Below are positions 13,649-24,113 of a stretch of DNA of 64,000 nt, piece after piece. The notes beneath the pieces are model-generated. The model was not told where the DNA came from. It did not search any database and saw only the letters and a program-made list of their open reading frames with translations. The position numbers were made by a program, and so were the translations under genes. The stretch is from Nitrospirota bacterium. GTDB lineage: Bacteria; Nitrospirota; UBA9217. The DNA is taken from NCBI GenBank assembly GCA_963741205.1, contig CAVUHW010000026.1, positions 192,001-256,000 on the forward strand, in the 5' to 3' direction. Position 1 is the first letter of the stretch; each line of letters opens with the position of its first letter.

Positions 13649-13844
13649 GAATATAGACTCCTAACCCCGGATCAACCGGAAACAAAAGCGTCTCGCGCAA
13701 AGCCCGCAATGGTCCATAAAAAATGAATCGGCCACTTAGGGAATCACGCACAGGGAACCTTTAAGTCTAGGTTTAAAACCGAAATGTCCGGCCTTATCTT
13801 CTGCGAACTTTGCGTCTTTGCGAGAAAATTTCTTTTAACTCATG

Positions 13845-14540
13845 CTATTGTATCCTCGGCGGCCCGCACCGGACTTCGGGCCCTTGTCCGGCAGGGCCTT
13901 CTTCGCCGCGCACCTTCCGCGCGGCAAGGACCTCCTCGCTGTTCAGCCTCCAGCCGAACGTCTTCGAACGCATGAGGTTGTCGTCCGAGTCCTGGCGATG
14001 GAGCAGACCCAGGCCGTGGCCTAGTTCATGGGCCGCCGTGCGCGCCGCGGGATGCCGCGCGGGATGTTCGGCAGGACCGAGGACGGGCGTGTCCCGCACC
14101 TGAATCTCATGATCGTTCCGGTAGAATCCGTTCGTTGCCGGAGAGATGGAAAGAACGGGAAGGAACCAGAGATCCATGCCGTTCTCATTGGGTTGATCAT
14201 CGCTCGTCGTATCGATCTCGAAGCAGATGCCGGCCTGCGTAAGCCATATCTCGTTGATCTCCTCGAATATTTCCCTGAAGTCGGAAGGTTTCCGTCCGCT
14301 CTTTCCCAGGTGAACCCGAAGAGGGATCCTGTATACCGGGGTGAGAGAGGGCATACGCCCGGTCTCACGCGCGGCCTTGGGGGGCCGCGTCCGGCGGACG
14401 GGTTCTTCGGACATCGCCGCAACAGGGAGGCTGAAAATAAACAGGAGGAGCACAGGAAAGAAACAATCTGCCTGAACATAGTACAAAATCACTCTCGAGC
14501 CTGCGATAAAAGCACTCGGGGTTATTTGCACACCGGGCAC
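13845..14540 (-). CDS. metzincin (matrixin-like) zinc metalloprotease, probably secreted; start uncertain
   Basis: HELGHGLGLLH zinc motif, DNLM Met-turn, hydrophobic N-terminal segment. Confidence 0.75.
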   Translation of the reverse strand: MPGVQITPSAFIAGSRVILYYVQADCFFPVLLLFIFSLPVAAMSEEPVRRTRPPKAARETGRMPSLTPVYRIPLRVHLGKSGRKPSDFREIFEEINEIWLTQAGICFEIDTTSDDQPNENGMDLWFLPVLSISPATNGFYRNDHEIQVRDTPVLGPAEHPARHPAARTAAHELGHGLGLLHRQDSDDNLMRSKTFGWRLNSEEVLAARKVRGEEGPAGQGPEVRCGPPRIQ

Positions 14541-15275
14541 GGTCCGACGTTGTCCCTGTCCAAGACATCCAGGACGGCCCGGAGGAGCGAAGCGCTGTGT
14601 CCCAATTGGGTATAGGCCTCTTCTTTCGTCATCACCTGGTCTTTTCTCTGCCTGACTTTAAAGGCCAGGGTCCTGCTTATATTGGCGATCCTGGCTATCT
14701 CACCGGCGAGACTGTTTTCGAAATTCTGCCGACGGCAACTTGATTTCATACATGTGGTCCTTGATCTTCCGGATATTGCCGAGGACCTCGGCCTCGACTA
14801 CCCCGTCATTCGCGAGGTGCACCGGCTTGTCCGAGACCGTGTTGTGGAACGGCTGCGATAAATCGCCGATATAGTGCACGGCGAAGGCCATGAACTCCTC
14901 TTTATAGCCTTCTGCCTTTTGATACTCTTCGAGCGATGCGATGATGGCCCCGTATAAGTGGCCTTCTCCGTCGCCCGGCGTATTGTATTTCCCGGCCTGC
15001 TCCAGGACCATGGCCGCGGTCACTTCCCTGTTGTCGAGGTTGTCGAAGAAATGATTATTTTTCTCGATGTCTTTCACTGCCGCGTCTTTCATGGCCGCGC
15101 TTCGCAGCTTGGCCTTCGCTATGTCCGGCGCGGCCGCGTCGTAGCATTTTTTATATCCCGCAGCCTGGGCCACCGCAATATGGGTTTCATCGAACCAGGC
15201 CCAGGAAGTATTGCCGGAGGCTAAGAATGCCGCGAGACAGAGCAGCATCGGGAAAACGCGCCTTTTCATCTTCAT
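14522..15275 (-). CDS. S1/P1 nuclease or Zn-dependent phospholipase C-like secreted protein (frameshift near 14730)
   Basis: Signal peptide followed by mature W..H (WFDETH), HFFD and HYIGDLSQPFH metal ligands. C-terminus lies in ORF 14522..14749. Confidence 0.75.
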
Positions 15276-15413
15276 CCGCCCCTTTGTCGCATTGAAGGAT
15301 TATAGCAATTTTTTTCTTTACCGTCGAATGGTTTCACTATATCATCAGTGGCATGCCGTTCTCAAGGGGAAAGGCAATATTTCCGGACGTGGATTAACCA
15401 AGGAGAGATTTTA

Positions 15414-16159
15414 ATGAGAGGGAAACCTGCTTATGCGCTTTTTCTTCTGCCTGTCTTCTTTATACTGTTCTTCTCCTGCCTTTCCTCGTTCTCTTTTCTC
15501 GGCCGAGAATGTAAATTGTCTCAAGTGTCACCGGAAGCTGACAAAGGGAAAGTTTGTGCATCAAGCCCTTGTCCATGGGGTGTCCTGCCTGTCACTCGGG
15601 GATCAATGGCAGGACCGTGCCGCACAAGAAAACGAATGCCCTGGCAAAAGGGCTCTCTTCGGAGCAGCCTGATTTATGCTACGGCTGCCACGATCAGGGG
15701 ATGTTTACCAGGAGCAATGTCCATCCGGCAGTCGGCATGGGCTGCACCGGTTGCCATTTCCCGCATTCGTCGAAAAACGCGAAATTGCTGACATCAAAGC
15801 CCCCTGCTTTGTGCTTTACCTGCCACGACAAGGCAGGCTTTACAAAAAAGGACGTTCATGCGCCCGTTGCTTCCGGCGACTGCACGACCTGCCACGACCC
15901 CCACTCAGCGAAGGAGATGGCGCTGCTCGTGAACAAACCCGTCGAGGTCTGCCTTATGTGCCATGGCAACATCACGCACTGGCCGCACTTCTCCACGGGG
16001 AATGCCCCGCCGCCGGAGCGGCAAGACCCCCTGCGACCGGGCAAACCTTTTTACTGCGGAAGCTGCCACAACCCCCATAGCAGCGACAGTCCCCTGCTGT
16101 TTAATTTTAACGCCCGGACTACGAAGGAACTCTGCCTTAACTGCCACATGCGGAATTAG
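15414..16159 (+). CDS. periplasmic multiheme cytochrome c, 9 CxxCH motifs (frameshifted near the N-terminus)
   Basis: CLKCH, CPACH, CYGCH, CTGCH, CFTCH, CTTCH, CLMCH, CGSCH, CLNCH; signal peptide; AGGAG RBS. Confidence 0.88.
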
Positions 16160-16401
16160 CAGCAACCCGCTTGCCGATAGGTTCAAGGATGCGAGTCAAT
16201 CCCGGCAAAACCGCGGAGTGCAGCTTCCGCCGTCAAGCTCCTGGCTGTCCCGGCGCCCTAATCATGCGGTAAATGATGGTTATTCCAACATTAAATGCCC
16301 CCCTTGACAAAATACAGGATTAGTTCTATCCTTTTTTTAGAGGGTAAGTAATGCTTTTTACCCATGCAAGTTAAGAAGCAACCGGAAAGGAAGTGGCGAC
16401 A

Positions 16402-16753
16402 ATGAAACGATATAAGAAACTTCTCATGATCTGGACCATGGTGCTGCTCGGCGCGGCTGTGTTCATGAGCAGTGATGCAAGTGCGGTTATCATTGGAACG
16501 GCGCCCGCGGCCGTAGTCGGCAACCCATTCATCGGTCCTGTGCTGCCGAGCGGCATAGTGCGACCGCCAATTGGACTGACCTGCCGGGTTGGTGAGACCA
16601 CCCATCGGATTCCCTCCGGGGTTAGTGAGACCACCTTTCTTCAACCCCTTCCTGATTCGCCCGTTTTTTAACCCCTTCTTCAACCCCTTCATCGACATAG
16701 ATGCCGTGGGCCTTCCGCTGGGGTTGGGTGTGAATCCGGGCTTAGCTGATTAG
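16402..16753 (+). CDS. small secreted Pro/Phe/Gly-rich repeat protein (one frameshift near 16579)
   Basis: Signal peptide ending ASA; repeats PxG[IL]VRPP x3 and NPF x4; RBS-like GGAAAGGA; TAG at 16751-16753 in the shifted frame. Confidence 0.65.
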
Positions 16754-16922
16754 AATGCGGAAAATACACATGATCAAGATCGAGGCCACGAGAAGACAGG
16801 CGCGGCCATGATAAAGATAGCAAGAGTCAGGGCGAAATGCCCTGACTCTTTTTTTAGTTCATTCGGTGTTTGCTCCCTTGAGTGGATAAATAATCGGGTA
16901 TTCAGACAACAAAGGAGGTTGT

Positions 16923-17375
16923 ATGAAATTATCGCCAATCCTGCTCTTAATTTATGCAATCACGGCGCTCGTGGTGCACGGCGCGGTCCAGGCAGGGACA
17001 CGGCAGGAAGAAAACAAGAAGACCGTGGCCGAATTCTACGAAAAGGCCATCAACCAGAAGGACTTTGAGGCCGCCTCGAAGTACCTCGGTCCGCGCTACG
17101 TTCAGCACAACCAGCGTGCAGCCGACGGGGCGCAGGGATTGAAGGACTTCCTCCGGATCCTGCGCGAGAAGCACCCGAAAGCCCACAGCGAAATCAAACG
17201 GGTATTCGCGGACGGGGACTTCGTGGTCCTGCACGTGCACGCGGTCCGGGAACCCGGTACGCGGGGCATGGCAATCGTCGATATCTTCCGCTTGGAGAAT
17301 GGCAGGATCGCGGAGCACTGGGACGTGCACGAGGACATCATCGAGAACCCGGCGAATGCGAACGGGATGTTTTAG
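16923..17375 (+). CDS. SnoaL-like / NTF2-fold protein with signal peptide
   Basis: YVQHN, ADGDFVVLH and VDIFRLENGRIAEHWDV; AGGAGG RBS. Confidence 0.9.
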   Translation: MKLSPILLLIYAITALVVHGAVQAGTRQEENKKTVAEFYEKAINQKDFEAASKYLGPRYVQHNQRAADGAQGLKDFLRILREKHPKAHSEIKRVFADGDFVVLHVHAVREPGTRGMAIVDIFRLENGRIAEHWDVHEDIIENPANANGMF

Positions 17376-17462
17376 GTAGGAGACGTTTCCGGGAACAAGT
17401 TTTAGAAATGAACCTTTCGGGGATGCGACGACGGATTCAGAGGAAATGAATCCTGAGTGGTT

Positions 17463-17753
17463 CTAAAGATTCGTCCTGTTCGTTTTCCTGCATTCACCGG
17501 AGAAGGTAAGATTCAGGCAACGGCCAAGCTTCTGTACGTCATCGAAGATACATTGGTCCGCCGATTCGAGCAGCTCCAGATGTTCAAGTTCTACTCCTGC
17601 TCTTCGCGCCACGTCCTCATTCGTAAGACCCCGCTCCCTTATCGTACTGATGATCATCACCGTCTTCGGGCATATGGTGCACTGTTCGCGATACTGATCA
17701 AGGAACCCCGGATCAGAGCATTTTTCCTTCAGGTAAGCTCTAAAACTCCACAT
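17463..17753 (-). CDS. XRE-type HTH antitoxin (HigA-like), Cys-rich
   Basis: HTH segment GLTNEDVARRAGV..LE; overlaps the toxin stop codon. Confidence 0.7.
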   Translation of the reverse strand: MWSFRAYLKEKCSDPGFLDQYREQCTICPKTVMIISTIRERGLTNEDVARRAGVELEHLELLESADQCIFDDVQKLGRCLNLTFSGECRKTNRTNL

Positions 17754-18129
17754 CAGCGAGCCTCCTGAGAGCGTTGTGGTCCATGCGGCTCAGGAACATT
17801 TCCCGATAGCGCCTCGTCTCGCTGATGTATTCATCGGGAACTTTACTGGTGTTCTTTCGCAGCGCCCGGTAAACAATGATGTAGGTCTCGAAACAAAAGA
17901 AATAAAGCAGCCGCATGTGGTCCCCGGACAGCCTGACGCGCAGCTCGTGTATGCCGTCCTCCAGCAGGTCGGCATAGGGACGCGGCAGCGTCGGGCCCAT
18001 TTCCTCGAGCAGTTCGAGGAAGTGCAGTACCTTCACCTGGTGCTCGGGTCTGCAGGCGTCGAGGAACTCGGAAACCGGACAAGGTTTCATAAAGGGATCG
18101 CAAAAAAGGATGTTCCACTTCTTGTTCAT
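17740..18129 (-). CDS. RelE/ParE-family (Gp49-like) toxin
   Basis: Motifs PVSEFL, LPRPYADLLEDGIHELRV, RLLYFF and KNTSKVP; toxin-first gene order. Confidence 0.85.
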   Translation of the reverse strand: MNKKWNILFCDPFMKPCPVSEFLDACRPEHQVKVLHFLELLEEMGPTLPRPYADLLEDGIHELRVRLSGDHMRLLYFFCFETYIIVYRALRKNTSKVPDEYISETRRYREMFLSRMDHNALRRLADVEF

Positions 18130-18374
18130 AGGGCTATTCTCACCCTGTTGCGGGCGGCAATGCAGGATTGAACTGGATAATGCTGAAATGTGTTGTGCGT
18201 GACATGAGTAGGTGCGTTATCATTCGAAAAAATAGCTGTCAATGAAATGAGTGCCCTCTGATCTTCCCTCATAATTGACGGCACGCAGCGCCGGCCAGAA
18301 TCGAGAGCAGCACATCTTTTTGCGGAACATCGATAATTTTGTAATCTGACTTGCATTCCCTTCAATGTATTCCC

Positions 18375-18714
18375 TCACGGTGGCGCTCCCTTTTTTATTT
18401 CTTCACGGGTTATAAAATCAACGGGTACCCGTGTCTCTACCCACTTGGTGCACTCTACCTCCCAAAGTTGCGTGCATCTGCGAAAACAATCATTTTCCCA
18501 GCCGGCTTCACACCTTTATCAAACGGCCGTCATTTCGGCAACCACACTTGGAACCGCATAGTTCCGTCGTTGTTTCGATAAGGTACTTATTATCAGGGCT
18601 TTCGTCGCCTGATCCCTGGTGCGTCCAGCTTTCACATTGCGACATAAGAACGGTCGTAGCGCATCCGGAAACAGTCGCTAATAGCAAGGCGATTATCATT
18701 ATCACTCTTCCCAC
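18375..18714 (-). CDS. Cys-rich lipoprotein of unknown function (one frameshift near 18510)
   Basis: Lipobox VSGC. After the shift the frame reads CEAGWENDCFRRCTQLWEVECTKWVETRVPVDFITREEIKKGAPP*. Confidence 0.55.
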
Positions 18715-18777
18715 TTCACATTTTCCGCCGGGCGATTTGTCTATTTCACCCTTTTCACTTCGAGTTTTTAACTTGCA

Positions 18778-19443
18778 CTAAATCCCCATGAATGTGATCG
18801 CTTCCTTAACACTCCGCCGCGTGGTTCGATACTGGTTCTGCGGATGTTGGGCATCCGCGTACCCGAGCGCTATCCCGATGATGATCGAAAGGTCATCCGG
18901 TATCTTCAGTTCCTTCCGAATGAGGTCGGGATGAGCGGCAAGGGTCACTGCCACGGCCGAATCGAGGCCGAAGTTACGCGCTGCCAGCATGAGGCTCTGG
19001 GAAAAAAGGCCGAGGTCGTAGATCGACCAGGGGGTAAGCGTCTTGTCCATGCAGATATACGCGACCACCGGCGCGTGAAAGAAATGATAATTCATTTCCG
19101 CAAGGTCCTTGAGCTCGGATTTGTCCAGGCAGACCCGCTCGAGGGTCGCCGTTCGTTCGGACCGCAGACACTCCATCCGTTTCCGGCACTCGGGCGGCCA
19201 ATCCTTCGGCACGGCAAGGTCGGGGTTTCGCGCCACGCAGTTTTTCAGGTTCGTAACATAGGCCTCGCGCAGCCTGTTCAGGACCTCGCCTCCGGCCACA
19301 TAGATCTCCCACGGCTGGGTATTGGCCCACGAAGGCGCCCTGAGCGCCGCCTCCATGATCTTTTCGATTGTGCTGCGGTCGACGGGATCAGACTTAAAAG
19401 CGCGGACCGTAAACCGTGTGTTCAACGCATCAATGACATCCAT
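18778..19443 (-). CDS. nitroreductase family protein
   Basis: RFTVRAF, RAPSWANTQPW, DLGLFSQSLMLAA and IALGY; GGAGG RBS. Confidence 0.92.
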   Translation of the reverse strand: MDVIDALNTRFTVRAFKSDPVDRSTIEKIMEAALRAPSWANTQPWEIYVAGGEVLNRLREAYVTNLKNCVARNPDLAVPKDWPPECRKRMECLRSERTATLERVCLDKSELKDLAEMNYHFFHAPVVAYICMDKTLTPWSIYDLGLFSQSLMLAARNFGLDSAVAVTLAAHPDLIRKELKIPDDLSIIIGIALGYADAQHPQNQYRTTRRSVKEAITFMGI

Positions 19444-19679
19444 GAAGTCCTCCGGTATTGAAGTTTGAAGAGGGAAGTTAGAAAACCTCATATCCATTGT
19501 AAGAGACTTCCAGAAAAAAGTCCATCATGTTTCGCCACGAAAATCGCCGTCTTCGCCGTATTGCCAGGGCGGACTATTGTCTCGTTCATCTGATCAGTCG
19601 TGGTTCCATGACCTGTCGGCGCATAAGAGTATGCGTTTCGCGGCATACGCTCAACAACTCTGAGTTTATCCTTCCTTAT

Positions 19680-20477
19680 CGAATACATTTCCCAATTCGA
19701 TTTCACTTGCCAGTTCCGCAGCCAGTAGCCGGATATCGGAAGCGGTGCGATATCTTCGTTGAGCAGGTCCTTCCATTGGCCGTCGGCGGGAAAAGGCACA
19801 TCGACCATCTGATCTTCCTGAGAAAAGTTAATAACGCAGATCGAAACGCTGGAGAATGCCGTGGTCATCCCCCCACCGATGGAAAATGACGACCTGCCTC
19901 CGGAGATCGACGCCGTAGCCCTGGGGGTAGAACTGCGTTTGCCACTGTTCTCAGTTGCCTGGATAGAAATTGTCGCTTCGCAGGCCTGCATAGAGTTCCG
20001 AAGCGCGATCAGTTTGCTGTAGACCGCGAAGAGCGCAGAGCCAATGCTGTCTTCAAGAAAACCCCAGCGAAGGGGTCGGGATTTGACGCGCCGCCCCGTT
20101 CCCTTGTCGTCCTGGGGCAGCCAATGGTCTTCGGCGAATTCCTGCCCGTTTTGTATCATGGGCGTCCCGGGAGTTGTAAGCAGCGCTATTGCATCGGGCT
20201 GTGTCCGATACCACTTCATGGAACCCTGATTGTCGTTTGCACCGACTTGCCAGGTCACGTGAGAATGGTCGTGGTTGCTGAGATACGTGGTCGCCACCTT
20301 GTCCGGATTCAGCCATGCATGGGCGTTCAAATCCGGCACAATCGTCGAATAAAGGCATTCCTTCCAGAGGCAGTCGAAACATCGCTGGTACAGGGAATCT
20401 CGCCAGTAACTCGTGGCGCAGATATCATTTACAACCCTCGCGGCGTTCAGGTCGATATGTTCTATGGTGACCGGCAC
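19680..20477 (-). pseudogene. C-terminal fragment of a GH13 alpha-amylase-family gene
   Basis: YLSNHDH, PGTPMIQNGQEF, YSKLIALR and a beta-sandwich (VINFS..W.D.LN). The N-terminal catalytic part is missing and the frame is disrupted. Confidence 0.6.
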
Positions 20478-20760
20478 GCTGGAAAGAGTCGGTATCCTCC
20501 CCGTGTGATGGTGGTCATGGACAATTCATTTCATGAATATGAACCGCATAACCTTATAGAGGATAATTGAAAAAAACCAAAGTTCAATAGGGAATTCCCT
20601 GAATTTAGCTTCGATTTTCCTGATAACATAAAGTTGCAATATAATCTGCACGAGTTTTTGAACGTATAAGTCAAAATAGCCGGTCTATAATGAACTTTTA
20701 TTATCCAATTATCCATACTATGTCAGACTTAAGTCCTTTATTTTCATTACTCTATAATTG

Positions 20761-20776
20761 TGGCAATACCTTTGCA
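20761..20776 (+). promoter_or_regulatory. candidate sigma54 -24/-12 promoter
   Basis: TGGCAA-N5-TTGCA in AT-rich DNA about 115 bp upstream of the 20890 gene. Confidence 0.55.
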
Positions 20777-20889
20777 TTATAAATAGTGGCATAGATGTTA
20801 TAGCCTTTATGTACGATACTTTAATACTTTAGGCATAGCTAATGTCGAAGAAAAGAGGTACTAAAAAAGAAGAAAAGAGGGCCTAAAAA

Positions 20890-21217
20890 ATGAAGATCAT
20901 AATTCAAACAATTATGGGGCTTGCCTTGCTGGCCTTGGGTTTCGCAATCGGTTCCCATCGGGAAAAGCGTGGGCTTCAATACTGGCAGCGAGTGGGCAAT
21001 AATACAGGCGGAAATCGTGGCGAGAGAAGCGGGACAGTTCATGCCCGTTCATTTGGAAGACGGAGCGTTTCGCGTGAAATTAAAACAGCCGGGAGACCTG
21101 CACCAACGGGCATGGAAAATCGCGGACAAACATTTCGAAGAGCTGGCAATCGGGGCAAACTGCGACAGGAGATCTGATCGAAGGCGCAAGTGGCGCGAAA
21201 CACATTTTACCCAGTAG
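20890..21217 (+). CDS. hypothetical membrane-anchored protein (frameshift near 20950)
   Basis: Hydrophobic N-terminus joined to ORF 20921..21217; GAGG RBS. Confidence 0.55.
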
Positions 21218-21326
21218 GGGAACCAAACTTAGCCTTCTGGGTGAAGTTTTAAACAAACATAGTACTTGATTTAATCTGCGAAAGTCGGAGTCCATCCGCT
21301 TCCAACTGATTTTTTGGTAATTCGGG

Positions 21327-23859
21327 TCATTTTCCGCGCGGCTTCGCGCGTCGCGTGGGTACGGCGTTCCAGGGATCGTCGGGCCAGGGATGTTTCGGGT
21401 AGCGGCCTTTCAGGTCTTTCTTCACCTGCTGATAGGCGCCGTTCCAGAACCCCTTCAGGTCCTGCGTGATCTGGACCGGCCTGCGGGCGGGCGAGAGCAG
21501 GTGGAGCAGGACCTTGACCCTTCCGGCGGCTATCTCCGGCGTATCGGCAAGCCCGAACATCTCCTGGAGCTTCACGGCAAGCACGGGCTGGCCGCCGGAA
21601 CCATAATCAAGCGTCACGCGGCTTCCGCTCGGAACGGGAATGGACACGGGGGCCCGCTCATCCAGCATCCGCGCCTGTTCCCAGGTAAGCTTCGCCTTGA
21701 GCGCAGGCAGAACATTCAATCCGCTCAAGGCCTGAGCGCTTCGAATCCCGCCGAGCCACGGCAGCAGCCACTCCTCCGGTCTTGCAAAAAGCCGTTCATC
21801 GGAAAGGTCGGGCCACGATTCTTCAGGGAAAACCCTGCGCATGAGCTCTACCCGCGCCTGGAACTGCCGGGCTTCCCTGCTGAAGGTGAGGATCGAGGGG
21901 GTCGACCGGATCACGTCCACCAGAATGGGCGCGGCCTCCTCGTCAGTGGGAATGAAACGGCCTTTTCGAGAGCAGCAGGGCCCCAAGCCTCTCTTCAACG
22001 GCGGAAGCTGATCCTGTTTTCCTTCCGGTCCCATTCCACCCTCCGCACCGTCTCGATGCGCTGCCCGCATTCGTCGCGTACAAGTTCCTCCGTCACCGGC
22101 GCCGCGATATGGACAAAACCTTCCGACTTCTCGCCTGCGTCGACGGTAACGGCGATGATATACGGGCTGTTGCCCAGGTGGCTGTCCGGGGAAAGACGGA
22201 CACCCCTTCCCTGCATATGGACAAAACGTCCGCCGCCTTCTTCACGCCGCTTGCAAATTCTGTCCGGAAAAGCTGAGAGCAGGAGCCGCGGAGACGCATC
22301 GTGGTCTACGGCTTCGTCCTCGCCTCCGCGCAGCCCTTCGGGCATCAGGCGCAGAAGCTGCCTTGCAGTCCGTTCCACTGCCCGGAGCGCCGACGGATCC
22401 GTCGCCCTGCCCCATTCTTTTCCCTCGCGCTTTCTGCGGAGCGCTTCAACCCGTTCCGTAACATCGGGTTCTTCAATCATACGCTCGGCAGTGCCGCGCC
22501 GGAAGATGTCCCGCTCCGTCAAGAGCGCGGCAAGGTCCGCGCCGAGTCGCACACAGCCCAGTTCCTGCGCTCGTATCATGAGGCGGCCGAGACGGGGATG
22601 GACCGGAAGACGGGCCATCGCCCTGCCGACAGGGGTGATGGAACCCGTCCGATCGACGGCGCCAAGATCGGCGAGGAGCCGCAGGCCGGCGTCCCATGCC
22701 GCCTGCGGCGGCTCGTCAAGCCACGAAAGGGTTCGCGGGTCCTTCACCCCCCAGAGGGCGAGTTCGAGCGCGAGTTGGGAAAGATCGGAAACCAGGATCT
22801 CAGGCTGGGTGAAGGGCGGCATACCGGAAAGCTCATGGCTGCTGTAGAGACGATAGCAGACGCCGGGTCCGAGCCTTCCCGCCCTGCCTTTGCGCTGCTC
22901 CGCCGATGCCCGGGAAACGGGGACGGTCACCAGCCGGTTCATGCCCGTTGCGGGATCGTAGCGGAGCATGCGCGTGAGACCGCTGTCGATGACGACCTGC
23001 ACGCCTTCGATGGTCAGGCTCGTCTCGGCGATGTTCGTGGCGAGCACGATCTTACGCCTGTCCCGCGACGGGAGGATGGCGCGCTCCTGCTCCTCGAACG
23101 GCAGGTCGCCGTAAAGCGCGTGAAGGGAGAGGCGTTCATCGGCAAGGTCCAGCGTCTCGTTCAGTTCCTTCACGCAGGCCCGGATCTCCCCGGACCCCGG
23201 AAGGAACACGAGGAGGTCACCCGAAGTCTCCCTGAGCGCCGTTCTGACAGCGCGCGCGATTCGCGCGGGCAGAGGGCCCGGCGAGTCCGGGAGGTAGCGT
23301 TCTTCCACGGGAAAGGCCTTTCCCGCGGAGGCGATAATCGGCGCGCCGCCCAGGAGCGCCTGGATCGGGCCGGCAGTCCAGCGTGGCGGACATGACGAGG
23401 ATCTTCAGGTCAGGCCGGAGTCCCTTGCGGACATCGAGGCAGAGCGCCAGCGCCAGGTCCGCATGGATGCTCCGCTCATGGAATTCGTCGAAGATGACCA
23501 TGGCCGTGTCCTCGAGGGCGGGGTCGGCCTGGAGCCTGCGGGTGAGGATGCCCTCGGTGACGACCTCGATGCGCGTCCTTTGCGGATTTCTTCGTGTCAA
23601 AGCGAATGGCGTAGCCCACGGTTTCACCCGCCTCTTCGCCGAGCGATTTTGCCATCCAGCGCGCGGCGGAAACCGCGGCGATCCTTCTCGGCTCGAGCAT
23701 GACGATGCGGCCTTGTTCAGGCGGAATGATATCGAGCAGGGCGACGGGACACGGGTCGTCTTCCCCGCCCCGGGCGGGGCGCTTAAAATGACGGAAGGGT
23801 TCTGCTCGTATCGCTGTTATGAGTTTCGGAAGAACGTTGTCGATGGGATAGGAGGTCAC
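21327..23859 (-). CDS. hrpB: ATP-dependent helicase HrpB (several frameshifts)
   Basis: LEPRRIAA, DEFHERS, MSAT, LATNIAETSLTI, QRKGRAGR, and C-terminal LLSPARRP..GRYPKHPWP. Confidence 0.92.
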
Positions 23860-24113
23860 GGGAATTTACAATTGAGAGAAACTGTACACACAACATCGGC
23901 AAGGGCAGCGATGCTTATGTCGAATAAGAACCCGGCAGCGGCAACGGAGATGAAGCCCGTATCGTTCAGGCGTCAAGCGGTTACGTTCTATTACGAACGA
24001 CATAACCTTCACGTACGAAACGGGATCGTTACCGTAACCGCCTGCCGAAATTATAAAGAACGGCTCCGTACTTCTCGCCTAGTCTTCAGCTACGCCCCCA
24101 TGCCCGGAGCTTC

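Noticed and set aside
17376-17466. Possible attC downstream of the toxin-antitoxin pair
   Set aside because: AAC and GTT triplets and a short GGATTCA/TGAATCC hairpin exist, but the arms next to the cores do not pair.
18508-18510. TGA as a selenocysteine codon in the Cys-rich lipoprotein
   Set aside because: The protein-like continuation is in a different frame, so an indel explains it better.
23866-24003. 45-aa Cys/Arg-rich ORF on the minus strand
   Set aside because: Weak RBS, overlaps an inverted repeat, and its composition resembles off-frame GC-rich sequence.
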